Below, one piece after another: positions 44,124 to 54,445 of a DNA stretch of 64,000 bases. The DNA lies in contig OZ244960.1 of the NCBI GenBank assembly GCA_965222605.1, positions 5,805,280-5,869,279 on the forward strand, in the 5' to 3' direction. Position numbers and translations under genes: made by a program. The notes under the pieces are model-generated. The model did no database searches, had not been told where the DNA came from, and saw only the letters and a list, made by a program, of their open reading frames with translations. The DNA is from Candidatus Latescibacterota bacterium (GTDB lineage Bacteria; Latescibacterota; UBA2968). Within the stretch, counting starts at the first letter, position 1, and each line of letters starts with the position of its first letter.

Positions 44124-46442
44124 ATGCGTAAACAGATTCTGTTTCTCTTATCAACACTCGCGCTTTTGATATATCCGCTGTCTCTTTCGGGACAGAATAG
44201 TACGGCAGGTGATCAAGACCTTACCCCGGACTTTGATGGGGATGGTCAGGTTGGCTTCCCTGACTTTTTGGCGTTTGTGGGTCAGTTTGGGGCACGTGAG
44301 GGGGATGGGCGTTATGATGTCAGATATGATCTGGATAGTGATGGCGAAATTGGATTTTCCGATTTTCTGCTCTTTAGTGCCAGCTTTGGCAAAGGGGAGC
44401 CTGCCTCTGGCGGTGATGGTGCAACGATGGTTGCTATTCCGGATGGGAACCTGCGTGCTGCTATTGAGGCTATTCTCAACAAGGTGAGTGGTGCGCCGAT
44501 CACTCAGGGTGAGATGGCGGCCTTGACGCGCCTTGATGCCCGGAATGCGAATATCAAGGACTGGGCCGGGCTTGAGTTTGCGACTAACCTGATAGATCTG
44601 AATCTTGAAGACAACAACCTCTCGGATGTATCTGCGTTGTCTGGCTTGACTCGTCTGGAAGTGCTGAATCTTGGGTCCAACGACCTCTCAGATGTGTCTG
44701 CGTTGTCGGGCTTAACCAACCTGACATTTCTGAATCTTTCTGACAACAGTATCTCGGACCTCACGCCCCTATCGAGTTTGACTAACCTGACAACGCTGGA
44801 TCTTTCCGGCACCGGCGTCAGGGATTTGTCAGCGTTGTCTGGCTTGACCAATCTGGAATCGCTGGATCTTGCTAACAACAGGATCACGGATGTATCTGTA
44901 TCGTCATTGTCAGTTTTGACCAATCTGAGGTCGTTGGAACTTTCCTCCAACTTCATTGGTGATGTATCTGCATTGTCAGTTTTGACCAATCTGAGGTCGT
45001 TGGATCTTTCCTCCAATTTCATCAGGGATGTGTCCGCGCTGTCTGGCTTGGTCAATCTGACGGATCTGGATCTTTCCTTCACGAGCATCAGTGATGTGTC
45101 AGTGCTGTCTGGCTTGATCAATCTGGAATCGCTGGATCTTTCCTTCACCAGTATCAGTGATTTGTCAGTGCTGTCTGGCTTGATCAATCTGGAATCGCTG
45201 GATCTTTCCGGCACCGGTATCAGGGATTTGTCAGCGTTGTCTGGCTTGACTAATCTGACAAGTCTGAAACTTTACAAAACCAGTATCTCAGACCTCGCAC
45301 CTCTGGTCGCAAACACGGGATTGGGCAGTGGAGATGAGATTGATGTGAGAGAAACTCCGTTGAGTGACACATCACGCAAAACGCATATTCTATCCCTTCT
45401 GCGTAGAGGAGTTGAGATTTCTTTTTATGTAAGTATCCCAGATATTAATCTGCACGCTGTTATTGAGGATAGTCTCGGCAAGGCGCAAGGGGCACCAATT
45501 GCGGTAGCTGAAATGGCGGCCTTGACGCGCTTTAGTGCCCGGGATGCGAATATTAGGGACTTAACAGGGCTTGAGTTTGCTGCTAATCTGGTATGGTTAC
45601 ATCTTGGTTCCGGTGTGATTGATCCGTTTTCCAACAGCAACGAGATATCCGACATCTCGCCCCTTTCTGGCTTGACCAACCTGACTTATCTGAATCTTTT
45701 TCTCAACGATGTCTCGAATATCACCCCATTATCAGGCTTGACCCGTCTGGAATGGCTGAATCTTGCCAACAACAGCATCAGTGATGTGTCCGCGCTGTCA
45801 GGCTTGACCCGTCTGGAAGGGCTGAATCTTAACAATATGAACATCACAGATGTGTCAGCACTATCGGGCTTGACCCGTCTGGAATGGTTGCGTCTTACAT
45901 TCAGCGACATTGTTGATGTGTCCGCGCTGTCAGGCTTGACCAACCTGACTTTTCTGTTTCTTGGTTACACCAACATCTCGAATATCACACCATTATCAGG
46001 CATGACCAATCTGGAAGAACTGCGTCTTAACAATAACAACATCAGTGATGTGTCCGCACTCTCAGGCTTGACCCGTCTGAATTACCTGGTGCTTACCCGC
46101 AACAACATCAGTGATGTGTCCGCACTCTCAGGCTTGACCAATCTGGAACAGCTGTGGCTTTACAACAACAGCATCTCGGATCTTGCGCCTCTGGTGGCAA
46201 ACACGGGATTGGGTACTGGAGATGTGGTTGGTGTGCAGAATAATCCGTTGAGTGCCATATCGCTCAACACGCATATTCCAGCCCTTCAAGACAGAGGAGT
46301 TGAGGTGCGTTTTGGCGCGTTGAAGCCCGCGGTGGAGAAGGAGGAATCCTCAGGGCTTGAGGAGTGGGAGGCAGGAGATTATATTTTTCGCAGGCAGGTG
46401 GAGAAGGGAAAGGACGCGCTCAAATCCGCGACAGAGCAGTAA
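44124..46442 (+). CDS. Secreted dockerin-like plus double LRR-module protein
   Basis: 772 aa; signal MRKQILFLLSTLALLIYPLS; two EF-hand/dockerin-like DxDGDGxVGFxDF repeats; two LRR modules, each with the cap LRAAIE...EMAALTRL and tail ...THI..L..RGVE. Confidence 0.8.
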   Translation: MRKQILFLLSTLALLIYPLSLSGQNSTAGDQDLTPDFDGDGQVGFPDFLAFVGQFGAREGDGRYDVRYDLDSDGEIGFSDFLLFSASFGKGEPASGGDGATMVAIPDGNLRAAIEAILNKVSGAPITQGEMAALTRLDARNANIKDWAGLEFATNLIDLNLEDNNLSDVSALSGLTRLEVLNLGSNDLSDVSALSGLTNLTFLNLSDNSISDLTPLSSLTNLTTLDLSGTGVRDLSALSGLTNLESLDLANNRITDVSVSSLSVLTNLRSLELSSNFIGDVSALSVLTNLRSLDLSSNFIRDVSALSGLVNLTDLDLSFTSISDVSVLSGLINLESLDLSFTSISDLSVLSGLINLESLDLSGTGIRDLSALSGLTNLTSLKLYKTSISDLAPLVANTGLGSGDEIDVRETPLSDTSRKTHILSLLRRGVEISFYVSIPDINLHAVIEDSLGKAQGAPIAVAEMAALTRFSARDANIRDLTGLEFAANLVWLHLGSGVIDPFSNSNEISDISPLSGLTNLTYLNLFLNDVSNITPLSGLTRLEWLNLANNSISDVSALSGLTRLEGLNLNNMNITDVSALSGLTRLEWLRLTFSDIVDVSALSGLTNLTFLFLGYTNISNITPLSGMTNLEELRLNNNNISDVSALSGLTRLNYLVLTRNNISDVSALSGLTNLEQLWLYNNSISDLAPLVANTGLGTGDVVGVQNNPLSAISLNTHIPALQDRGVEVRFGALKPAVEKEESSGLEEWEAGDYIFRRQVEKGKDALKSATEQ

Positions 46443-46507
46443 TTCAAAGAAAAACAAAAGGCCGTAAGTATTGCTCAATTGCAACAAAAACTTACGACCC
46501 AAAAAAT

Positions 46508-46581
46508 TGGTTGCCCCTCAGGGATTCGAACCCCGATACCTGGAACCAAAATCCAGTGTCTTGCCATTAGACGAAGGGGCA
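46508..46581 (-). tRNA. tRNA-Gln (anticodon UUG), CCA encoded
   Basis: Manual fold of reverse complement: acceptor TGCCCCT/AGGGGCA, anticodon stem CTGGA/TCCAG with loop TTTTGGT, T-loop GGTTCGAATCC. Confidence 0.85.
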
Positions 46582-46764
46582 ATAACTTGTGTTGAGGGGT
46601 AAATATAAATTTTTAGCCGATTACTGGCAACACACTTTTTAGAAATTAGCAGTCAGCGGTCAGATAGAACCTTCTGGGATCGCGGCTAAGCATGCCCCCG
46701 TAGTGTTTTTATACGGGGATCCTGCCGCGATGACGCACGGGACAGCACGGGGGCCGTCCCCTAC

Positions 46765-48450
46765 TTACTTTTTATTACCACTTCTCACTCTCGCCCATGT
46801 GTCGCGCAGAGTAATTGTTCGGTTTAATACGAGCTTTTCATCTGATGAGTCTGTATCGACACAGAAATAGCCCAGGCGCTCAAATTGGACTACGTGACCA
46901 ACTTCTGCCCCTTTCATGCTCGGCTCGACATAACAGGTGGGACGCACTTCCAGTGAGTCGGGATTTAAGTTGGCTGTGAAGTCCTCTCCATCTTTGGTTC
47001 GGGTTGGGCTTACAGTCATGAACAGCCGATCAAATAATCGCACTTCGGCCTCCAGTGCGTGTTTGGCCGATACCCAGTGCAATGTCGAGCGAACCCGGCG
47101 TTTATCGGGTGTTGTTCCACCTCGGCTTTCGGGATCCCAGGTACAGCGCAGCTCGATCACGTTGCCGTCGTCGTCCTTCACGGCATCCTGGCAGGTGATA
47201 TAACACGCCGCGCGCAACCGCACTTCGCGTCCAGGCGCAAGACGGTAAAATTTGCGCGGGGGATCTTCCATAAAATCTTCCCGCTCGATGTACAGTTCCC
47301 GCGAAAAGGGAACGGGGCGCGTGCCCGCATCGGGGTCTTCGGGATTGATCATCGCTTCAAATGTCTCTTCTTCGTCTTCGGGATAGTTTTCAATGACCAC
47401 TTTTAAGGGATCGATCACGCCCATTACCCGGGGCGCGACTTTGTTCAGGTGCTCGCGAATATAGAATTCAAACAAATCTATTTCTGCCGTTGTATCCCGC
47501 CGGTTCATTCCCACGCGCCAGATAAAATTCACAATGGCTTGTGGCGGTATCCCGCGCCGTCGCATCCCCGAAAGCGTGGGCATGCGCGGGTCGTCCCATC
47601 CGTTTACGAGATTGCGTTCGACCAGTTGGGTCAGCATGCGCTTGCTGGTCAATGTGTAGGTGATATTCAACCTCGCAAATTCAATTTGCCGCGAGGGAAA
47701 GATCTCTAATTGCTGGATGTACCAATCGTACAGGGGGCGGTGTTCCGCAAATTCAATGCTGCACAGCGAATGCGTCACTTGTTCAATGGCGTCGGATTGC
47801 CCGTGTGCCCAATCGTACATTGGATAAATACACCACTTGTCACCCGTGCGGTGGTGTGACGTGTGTTTGATGCGATACATTACGGGATCGCGCATGTTCA
47901 TATTTGGCGATGCCATATCGGCCTTTGCGCGCAATGTACACGCGCCATCGGGAAATTCTCCATTTTTCATCCGCGCAAATAGATCGAGATTTTCCGACAC
48001 GGTGCGATCTCGATAGGGGCTGTTTTTCCCCGGTTCTGTCACTGTTCCGCGGTAATCGCGTATCTCCTGTGGACTCAGGTCGCAGACATAGGCTTTCCCC
48101 TGCTGAATGAGTTCCACAGCATAATCGTAGAGTTGGTCAAAATAGTCAGAGGCAAAGTACAATCCGTCGCCCCAATCAAAGCCCATCCACTTCAAATCTT
48201 CTTTGATGGACTCGACGTATTCGGTGTCTTCTCGGTCTGGATTGGTGTCGTCAAACCGGAGATTGCACTGTCCGTCAAATTCCTCGGCGAGACCAAAGTC
48301 CAGACAAAAAGCCTTGGCATGACCAATGTGCAGATAGCCGTTTGGCTCTGGCGGAAAGCGCGTTACGATTTTTTTGTGTTTGCCATTTTTTACGTCTTCG
48401 CGAACAATTTCTCGGATAAAATCCGTTGGTGCGTCTTCGGTTATTGCCAT
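46765..48450 (-). CDS. glnS: Glutaminyl-tRNA synthetase
   Basis: 561 aa; [17 protein letters not shown] (HIGH), LTSKR (KMSKS-like), full-length class I GlnRS layout. Confidence 0.92.
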   Translation of the reverse strand: MAITEDAPTDFIREIVREDVKNGKHKKIVTRFPPEPNGYLHIGHAKAFCLDFGLAEEFDGQCNLRFDDTNPDREDTEYVESIKEDLKWMGFDWGDGLYFASDYFDQLYDYAVELIQQGKAYVCDLSPQEIRDYRGTVTEPGKNSPYRDRTVSENLDLFARMKNGEFPDGACTLRAKADMASPNMNMRDPVMYRIKHTSHHRTGDKWCIYPMYDWAHGQSDAIEQVTHSLCSIEFAEHRPLYDWYIQQLEIFPSRQIEFARLNITYTLTSKRMLTQLVERNLVNGWDDPRMPTLSGMRRRGIPPQAIVNFIWRVGMNRRDTTAEIDLFEFYIREHLNKVAPRVMGVIDPLKVVIENYPEDEEETFEAMINPEDPDAGTRPVPFSRELYIEREDFMEDPPRKFYRLAPGREVRLRAACYITCQDAVKDDDGNVIELRCTWDPESRGGTTPDKRRVRSTLHWVSAKHALEAEVRLFDRLFMTVSPTRTKDGEDFTANLNPDSLEVRPTCYVEPSMKGAEVGHVVQFERLGYFCVDTDSSDEKLVLNRTITLRDTWARVRSGNKK

Positions 48451-48497
48451 TTTAAAACCTTTTGGGTTGTTAGTTGTCAGTCTTCAGCTTTTTCACT

Positions 48498-50210
48498 TCA
48501 CACTTCACACTTCACACGTTCTATCACCTGATCCAGAGGCACATCTGAGCGGTCATCTTCATGTCTCAGTTTCATCTCCACCTGTCCATTGGCCAGGCCG
48601 CGCGATCCCACGGTCAACCGTATTGGAATGCCGATCAAATCTGCATCATTGAATTTTACGCCTGCGCGTTCATCGCGGTCATCGAGCAAGACATCCAGGC
48701 CCGCGGCCTTTAGTTGCTCATACAATTTCTCGGCGGCTTCCAGTTCTCCTGCGGGTTTTCGACCCGTCAGAACTACGATTTGTACCTCAAATGGCGCGAC
48801 GGATATCGGCCAGATAATGCCGTGGTCATCGTGATGGGCTTCGATAATACACGCCAATAGCCGGCCCACGCCGATGCCGTAACAGCCCATGACGAGGGGC
48901 TGCATTTTGCCGTTTTCATCCAGGACCTTCGCGCCCATGCTGTCGCTGTACTTTGTGCCGAGCTTGAAGATATTGCCCACTTCAATGCCGCGCGTGCTGT
49001 CGAGCGGGGTTTCACATTCTGGACAGGGCATGCCTTTTTCTACGGCGATGAGGTCTGTGACGATGTCAGGCTTAAAATCGCGTCCGACATTGACATTTAA
49101 GCAGTGATACCCTTCCTCATTTGCGCCCGATACAAAATTTGTTCCTTTTGCGATGGCTTTATCTGCGACTACGATAGCATTTTTTACGGCCATTGGCGAC
49201 GCATATCCCGGTACTGCGTCAACTGCTGTGATTTCCTCATCTGTTGCAGGACGCAATGCCTGCGCCTTTACCACATTGGCCAGCTTGGTTTCGTTCAACT
49301 CGTGATCGCCGCGCAATACCGCAAATATAAATTTGTCTTCGCCATTTATTGTGCCGATTAAAAATACGGCTTTGGCTGTTTTGCTCTGCGGCACATCCAA
49401 AAACGACGCGACTTCTTCAATGGTTTTGCAATTGGGAGTCGCCACTTTTTGCAGGGGTTCTTCGCTATCTGCTTCAATGGCTTCTCGCTTATATGTCGCT
49501 ATCTGTCGATTGGCGCGATAACCGCATGTATCACATAAGAGCAGGGTGTCTTCACCGCCCGGGTTTAAGTACATAAATTCGTGCGCTTCTGTCCCGCCCA
49601 TCATACCCGGGTCGCTTTCTACTGAGATGACGTGATCGCCCAATCCCGCGCGTTCAAATATCCGCTGATATGCTTCGTACATGCGCGGATAATACGCATC
49701 TAAACCCGCCTGGTCGATGTGAAAGCTGTATCCGTCTTTCATCGTAAATTCGCGTACGCGAATCAATCCGCCCCGGCTGCGTGGCTCGTCGCGGAATTTG
49801 GTTTGAAGTTGGAACGCGCTCAATGGCAATTGTCGGTAGCTCTGTACCATGTGGCGCGCCAAATCGGTTACGACTTCTTCGTGCGTCATTGCCAAACACA
49901 TGTCGCGGTCTGCGCGGTCTTTCATGCGCATCATTTCCTGTCCCACATCGTCCCACCGCCCGCTCTCGCGCCAGATTTCCGCGGGTTGCACCACGGGCAT
50001 TGAAATTTCAAAGCAATCTGCTCGTTCCATTTCCTCGCGCAAAATCTGTTCGATGTTCCGCTTCACGCGCAATCCCAGCGGCAAGAAACTAAAAATTCCC
50101 GATGCCAGAGATCGGATCAATCCCGCGCGCAGGGCCAACTGGTGGCTGATCGCTTCTGCATCCGCGGGTACCTCGCGCAGGGTTTGTGTCAACAATTGAG
50201 AATAACGCAT
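48498..50210 (-). CDS. proS: Prolyl-tRNA synthetase (bacterial type with editing insertion)
   Basis: 570 aa; MRYSQLLTQTLREVPADAE..SHQL..RAG N-terminus and class II motifs. Confidence 0.92.
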   Translation of the reverse strand: MRYSQLLTQTLREVPADAEAISHQLALRAGLIRSLASGIFSFLPLGLRVKRNIEQILREEMERADCFEISMPVVQPAEIWRESGRWDDVGQEMMRMKDRADRDMCLAMTHEEVVTDLARHMVQSYRQLPLSAFQLQTKFRDEPRSRGGLIRVREFTMKDGYSFHIDQAGLDAYYPRMYEAYQRIFERAGLGDHVISVESDPGMMGGTEAHEFMYLNPGGEDTLLLCDTCGYRANRQIATYKREAIEADSEEPLQKVATPNCKTIEEVASFLDVPQSKTAKAVFLIGTINGEDKFIFAVLRGDHELNETKLANVVKAQALRPATDEEITAVDAVPGYASPMAVKNAIVVADKAIAKGTNFVSGANEEGYHCLNVNVGRDFKPDIVTDLIAVEKGMPCPECETPLDSTRGIEVGNIFKLGTKYSDSMGAKVLDENGKMQPLVMGCYGIGVGRLLACIIEAHHDDHGIIWPISVAPFEVQIVVLTGRKPAGELEAAEKLYEQLKAAGLDVLLDDRDERAGVKFNDADLIGIPIRLTVGSRGLANGQVEMKLRHEDDRSDVPLDQVIERVKCEV

Positions 50211-50329
50211 TTCTATTCCTTTTGAAAATTCCTGGAAAATATAAACAAAATATGAGGATCAGAGCCAAATATTGTATTCGGTTTGATATTGTGGACGATT
50301 CGGCGTTACATAAAGTTTCACGATAGGCA

Positions 50330-51010
50330 TCATGCACGCCCAAGTGCGATTAACAGATCTGGACGATTTGAGCCGACGGCATCAACCCCCAGATCGATAA
50401 CACGCTGTATCTCCTCAACCGTGTCGGGGTTCCAGGCACGGATCATGAGGCCGTGTGCATGCGCTTTCTGAACGAGCTGGGCGTCAATATTCGGATGCAG
50501 GATGTGTATCGCTTCCGCCCCCATATCGACAGCTTGTTCACACGCATCATCTGGTGGATTCGACCACAACGCACCCAGCGCCAGGCTCGGATTCAACTGA
50601 CGCGCTTCGCGTAGTCGCTCATGGACAAACGAAGTCAGAAGTACCTCGCTTTCCATACTATTTCGCTCAACCGTCCGGACGACAGGCTCGGCGGTGTCGG
50701 GCCCTTTCAGTTCAATCTGAAGAACCACTTTCCCGCGCACCAGATCTATCACTTCCTGTAGCGTGGGAATGCGCTCTCCTTTGCCGGCGTCCAACCGCTT
50801 AACTTCCTCTAACGTAAAGTCGGCGATCGCACCCTGTCCATCGGTCGTTCGATCCACGGTGGCATCGTGAATGACGACGAGGTGCTGATCGCGCGTGAGG
50901 TGCACATCAATCTCGACCTGATCGACGCTGAGATCTATCGCTTTTTGAATGGATAGTCGCGTATTTTCAGGTTCGAGTTCTGCTGCTCCCCGGTGTCCTG
51001 TAAGAATCAT
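50330..51010 (-). CDS. Glycerophosphodiester phosphodiesterase
   Basis: 226 aa; GHRGAAELEPENT and EIDVHLTRD motifs. Confidence 0.85.
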   Translation of the reverse strand: MILTGHRGAAELEPENTRLSIQKAIDLSVDQVEIDVHLTRDQHLVVIHDATVDRTTDGQGAIADFTLEEVKRLDAGKGERIPTLQEVIDLVRGKVVLQIELKGPDTAEPVVRTVERNSMESEVLLTSFVHERLREARQLNPSLALGALWSNPPDDACEQAVDMGAEAIHILHPNIDAQLVQKAHAHGLMIRAWNPDTVEEIQRVIDLGVDAVGSNRPDLLIALGRA

Positions 51011-51043
51011 TTGAGTCCTCTCTGTGGTAATGGTAAAGTAAAT

Positions 51044-51859
51044 CTATCCAATCTCGACCACCAGCCCATCTTCGCCCACCATGACTTCGCCGCCGTATTC
51101 TTTCCGAATCTGATCGCCCATGCGATGCACGGCTTGTAGATCACCCGTGATGTCTTCGATTACCAGATGCTTGATCATCACGCGTTTGACATTGGCCTCG
51201 GTTGCGATTTCCGCGATTTCTGGGGGGGTAATATGCCACGATCCCCAGGGTTGGGTCGCCAAAAATTCAGCCGTGCCCGAACATTCTATGGATAATAAAT
51301 CGGCATCTTGACAGAATGCTGGGAATTCCGCATCGGGATTTCCGTCGCCTGTGATTATGACGCGGTGATCTTTTGTGCCGATGCGGTAGGCGAGTGTGGG
51401 GATGCCGCCGTGATCTGTGAATGTTGCGGACAGTTGAAAATCGTCCGTGGATAGAAATTCGCCTTTTTCTCCGATCTCAATGACTTCTGGATCGAGTACA
51501 CTGTCGTCTTTTCCATGCCCAATCCGACTTTGAATATCCTGCTCAAAGGGCGGGCGAATTACATGTGATACAAAGTGTTTTGTACCGACGGGACCATAAA
51601 TTTGCAAGGGTTTTTTGCGGACCTTTACCCAGCCGACAAATACGAGATAGGGGACATCGACGATGTGATCAAAGTGCAGGTGTGTCAAGAATAGCCGATC
51701 TACATTTTCGCAATTTACACCTGCACGCGCCAAATTTGTACACGCTGATCGACCGCAGTCAAACATCCAGTTTTCATTGCCGATTTGCAATAATTGCGAT
51801 GGTCCACCGCGATTCGGGTTGTCTCGCACCGCACCACTGCCGAGCATGATATATCGCAT
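51044..51859 (-). CDS. MBL-fold metallo-hydrolase
   Basis: Start MRYIMLGSG at 51859; HLHFDH zinc motif. Confidence 0.8.
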   Translation of the reverse strand: MRYIMLGSGAVRDNPNRGGPSQLLQIGNENWMFDCGRSACTNLARAGVNCENVDRLFLTHLHFDHIVDVPYLVFVGWVKVRKKPLQIYGPVGTKHFVSHVIRPPFEQDIQSRIGHGKDDSVLDPEVIEIGEKGEFLSTDDFQLSATFTDHGGIPTLAYRIGTKDHRVIITGDGNPDAEFPAFCQDADLLSIECSGTAEFLATQPWGSWHITPPEIAEIATEANVKRVMIKHLVIEDITGDLQAVHRMGDQIRKEYGGEVMVGEDGLVVEIG

Positions 51860-51870
51860 GATTAAATCCT

Positions 51871-52833
51871 CTATAACGGTCCGTTGACGGGAAATTCGGG
51901 TTTTTGTCCGTTGAGGACACGCACAATATCCGCTGCTACCATTGCCATTTTTTGTATCGATTCGGTCGAGTGGCCGGAATAATGGGGCGATAGAAGTACG
52001 TTGTCGAGTTCGCACAGGGGGTTGTCTGGCGTTGCGGGTTCTTGTTCAAAGACGTCGATGATTGCGCCGCCAATTTGTTTGTTTTTGAGTGCGGTTACGA
52101 GTGCCTGTTCGTCGATGACTGGCCCGCGGCTGCAATTGGCGATGATGGCGTGGGGTTGCATGCGGGCGAGTGTGTCGGCATTGATGAGGTGATGCGTGCT
52201 GTCGAGAAGGGGGACGTTGAGGCTGATATAGTCCGAGGTAGATAGGAGTTCGTCCAATTCTACGCGGCGCACATTCAGGCGGTTTTCTTCTTCTGTGGGT
52301 GCGGGAAATTCATCGGTGTAGATGACGTTCATTCTGAAGCCGAGGGAGCAGATTTCCGCAAGGCGACGGCCTATGCGACCAAAGCCAATAATGCCCAGGG
52401 TTTTGCCGAGTAATTCTGGGGCGTGTACGCGATCTCGAAACGCCCAGTCGCCAGAGCGGGTCGCGGTATCGGCTTGACCAATTTTGCGCGGCAGGGCGAT
52501 GAAGGACATAGCGAGATATTCGGCGACAGCTTCTACGGGTGCGCCGGGTGTATTGACGACATAAATACCGCGCTCGGTGGCGGCGTCAACGTCGATATTA
52601 TCGACGCCAATGCCGTGGCGACCTATGACTTTGAGACGCGGTGCGCGATCCATTACAGGTCCGTCAATAATGCCGCGCGCGCGTGCGAGAATGCCGTCGG
52701 CGTGTTTGACCGAGGCGATGATTTGATCGGGTTCAAATCCTTTGGCCCAGAGGATATCGCAGTCGTTTTTGAGAAGGTGATCTTGTCCACAGGGATGTAC
52801 GGGTTCAAAGAGTAGGATGTTGAATTTTGCCAC
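51871..52833 (-). CDS. D-isomer-specific 2-hydroxyacid dehydrogenase family protein
   Basis: 320 aa; NAD motif GIIGFGRIGRRLA; catalytic-region pattern NCSRG...SPH. Confidence 0.85.
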   Translation of the reverse strand: MAKFNILLFEPVHPCGQDHLLKNDCDILWAKGFEPDQIIASVKHADGILARARGIIDGPVMDRAPRLKVIGRHGIGVDNIDVDAATERGIYVVNTPGAPVEAVAEYLAMSFIALPRKIGQADTATRSGDWAFRDRVHAPELLGKTLGIIGFGRIGRRLAEICSLGFRMNVIYTDEFPAPTEEENRLNVRRVELDELLSTSDYISLNVPLLDSTHHLINADTLARMQPHAIIANCSRGPVIDEQALVTALKNKQIGGAIIDVFEQEPATPDNPLCELDNVLLSPHYSGHSTESIQKMAMVAADIVRVLNGQKPEFPVNGPL

Positions 52834-52930
52834 AGTGTGTCCTTTCTATTGTTGTTTTTGTAAAAACATAGTGTATATCCGGAGTGCGATTTTGTCAAGA
52901 TGCGAGAATTTTATTTTTCTATATTCTGTC

Positions 52931-52959
52931 TTGCTTCGTTTTTGGGTTTTGTATATATT
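52931..52959 (+). promoter_or_regulatory. Sigma-70-type promoter for tRNA-Glu
   Basis: TTGCTT, 17 nt, TATATT, ending 16 nt before the tRNA. Confidence 0.45.
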
Positions 52960-52975
52960 TTCCCTTCTATGAGGC

Positions 52976-53050
52976 GACCCCGTCGTTCAGTGGTTAGGAC
53001 ACCGGGTTTTCATCCCGGCAACGGGGGTTCGATTCCCCTCGGGGTCGCCA
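52976..53050 (+). tRNA. tRNA-Glu (anticodon UUC), CCA encoded
   Basis: Manual fold: acceptor GACCCCG/CGGGGTC, anticodon stem CCGGG/CCCGG with loop TTTTCAT, T-loop GGTTCGATTCC; aligns position by position with E. coli tRNA-Glu. Confidence 0.9.
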
Positions 53051-53074
53051 TTAAAATTTAAGTGTATTATTCAG

Positions 53075-53103
53075 GGGTCGTGACTTCACGACCCTTATTT
53101 TAT
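53075..53103 (+). terminator. Rho-independent terminator after tRNA-Glu
   Basis: GGGTCGTG-actt-CACGACCC followed by TTATTTTATT. Confidence 0.7.
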
Positions 53104-53186
53104 TGGTGGATGAATGGGAGATACGGGCTATATTGGGAAACGATTTGTTTATTGATCAGTAATCCCGAATAAAGAAAGGAGTTCTT

Positions 53187-54335
53187 TTGACAATTGCACC
53201 TCTTCTTTCACCCGATGCTTTTGAAGGTATTGAAGGCCTGACGCATCTGTGTACGGGGGGTGAATCCCCGTGGCTTAAAAGTCAGGCTGGGGTATATGCC
53301 GAGTTTGCCAAATTCAAGGGTGGGTCACACAAGGGCCGCGATAAAATTTACGACCGCGGAGAACGCTGTCGCAAGCGCATGGGGCAGCTCTGGAATGTGC
53401 CGGCCAATCGCATCGCGTTTATGCCTTCTGCTGCCGAGGGCATGGGCTGGTTTTCGCGGGGGTTAGACTGGCAGCGCGGCGATAATGTCGTGACCAATAA
53501 TCTCGAGTTTCCCTCTGTGGCGTATGCGTGGAAGCACCTGCGATCCAGAGGCGTTGAAGTCCGATTGGTACCGCACAGGCAGTGGCGGGTGCGCGAAGAG
53601 GACCTGCTCGCCGCTGTTGATTTTCGCACGCGCGTTCTCGCAGTCAGCCATGTGGGGTTTTACACGGGGCAGTGTTTGAATTTGGCGCAACTCTCTGAGG
53701 GCGCGCGAAAAAAAGGCGCGTTATTTGCCGTTGATGCGACGCATTCTTCGGGGGTTTTGCGCGTGCCAGCGCAGTTGACAGATCTCACGGTGAGCAGCAG
53801 TTACAAATGGCTTTTGGCAACGCATGGTACAGCCCCTTGTTATTTGAGCGAACGCGCAGAGGAGCAGGTTGCATCGACGTGTTTTGGCTGGCATAATCTC
53901 AAAGTGTGGCCCGAACAGACTGCCGAGCGCGATCCCGAGGTCGCCGAGCAACCCATGCCGGAAAAACTCGAACCCGGGAATCCGGCTATGCAGGTGATTA
54001 TGCATCTGGATCACGCGCTGGGTGTGATTTTAGATATTGGTCCCGAGAAGATTGAAAATCACGCACGCGATTTGTCCGAATTGGTGTCTCGTGGTCTTGC
54101 GAAGTTGGGTTACGAGGTCATTTCGCCAAGTAATCGAGAAGCGCGGTCGGGGAATACCTGTTTTGCGTGTGAAGATGGTCGCGAGATGGTCTATCGCCTT
54201 GAAGAGCGCAATGTTTTTTGCTGGGGCGAGTTTGGGCGGGTGCGCGTTTCTACGCATTTGTACAATAGTAGCGATGATGTGGCGCGATTGCTCGATGCGC
54301 TGAATGAAGTAATCCGCAGAAAAAAACGCGAGTGA
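53187..54335 (+). CDS. Class V aminotransferase / cysteine-desulfurase-like PLP enzyme
   Basis: 382 aa (non-ATG start); PLP-lysine context VSSSYKWL. Confidence 0.8.
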   Translation: MTIAPLLSPDAFEGIEGLTHLCTGGESPWLKSQAGVYAEFAKFKGGSHKGRDKIYDRGERCRKRMGQLWNVPANRIAFMPSAAEGMGWFSRGLDWQRGDNVVTNNLEFPSVAYAWKHLRSRGVEVRLVPHRQWRVREEDLLAAVDFRTRVLAVSHVGFYTGQCLNLAQLSEGARKKGALFAVDATHSSGVLRVPAQLTDLTVSSSYKWLLATHGTAPCYLSERAEEQVASTCFGWHNLKVWPEQTAERDPEVAEQPMPEKLEPGNPAMQVIMHLDHALGVILDIGPEKIENHARDLSELVSRGLAKLGYEVISPSNREARSGNTCFACEDGREMVYRLEERNVFCWGEFGRVRVSTHLYNSSDDVARLLDALNEVIRRKKRE

Positions 54336-54445
54336 GCGGTGTACAACTGGCCGCCTCTCAGGCCAGTTCATTTGAGCGTTTTTCGCAGATGGTCGCAGAT
54401 AAAAATGTAGGGGCGGGTTTCGAACCCACCCGTTTTTAAGAAAGG

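Noticed and set aside
44550-46250. Regular ~66-72-nt periodicity that superficially resembles a CRISPR array.
   Set aside because: It lies inside one continuous 772-codon ORF and encodes LRR units (LSGLTNLxxLxLxxNxISDVSA). There is no repeat-spacer alternation, leader or cas genes.
32674-46581. Classic tRNA-integrated genomic island between tRNA-Pro and tRNA-Gln.
   Set aside because: There is no integrase gene, and I saw no direct repeat of either tRNA 3' end. The accessory character of the interval is real, but the mechanism is not supported.
48498-48525. Triple GTGAAGT heptamer repeat (seen as CACTTCA x3 on the plus strand).
   Set aside because: It forms the last codons of proS (..VKCEV-stop) and the immediate 3' flank. 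It is too short to call a functional repeat and has no partner elsewhere.
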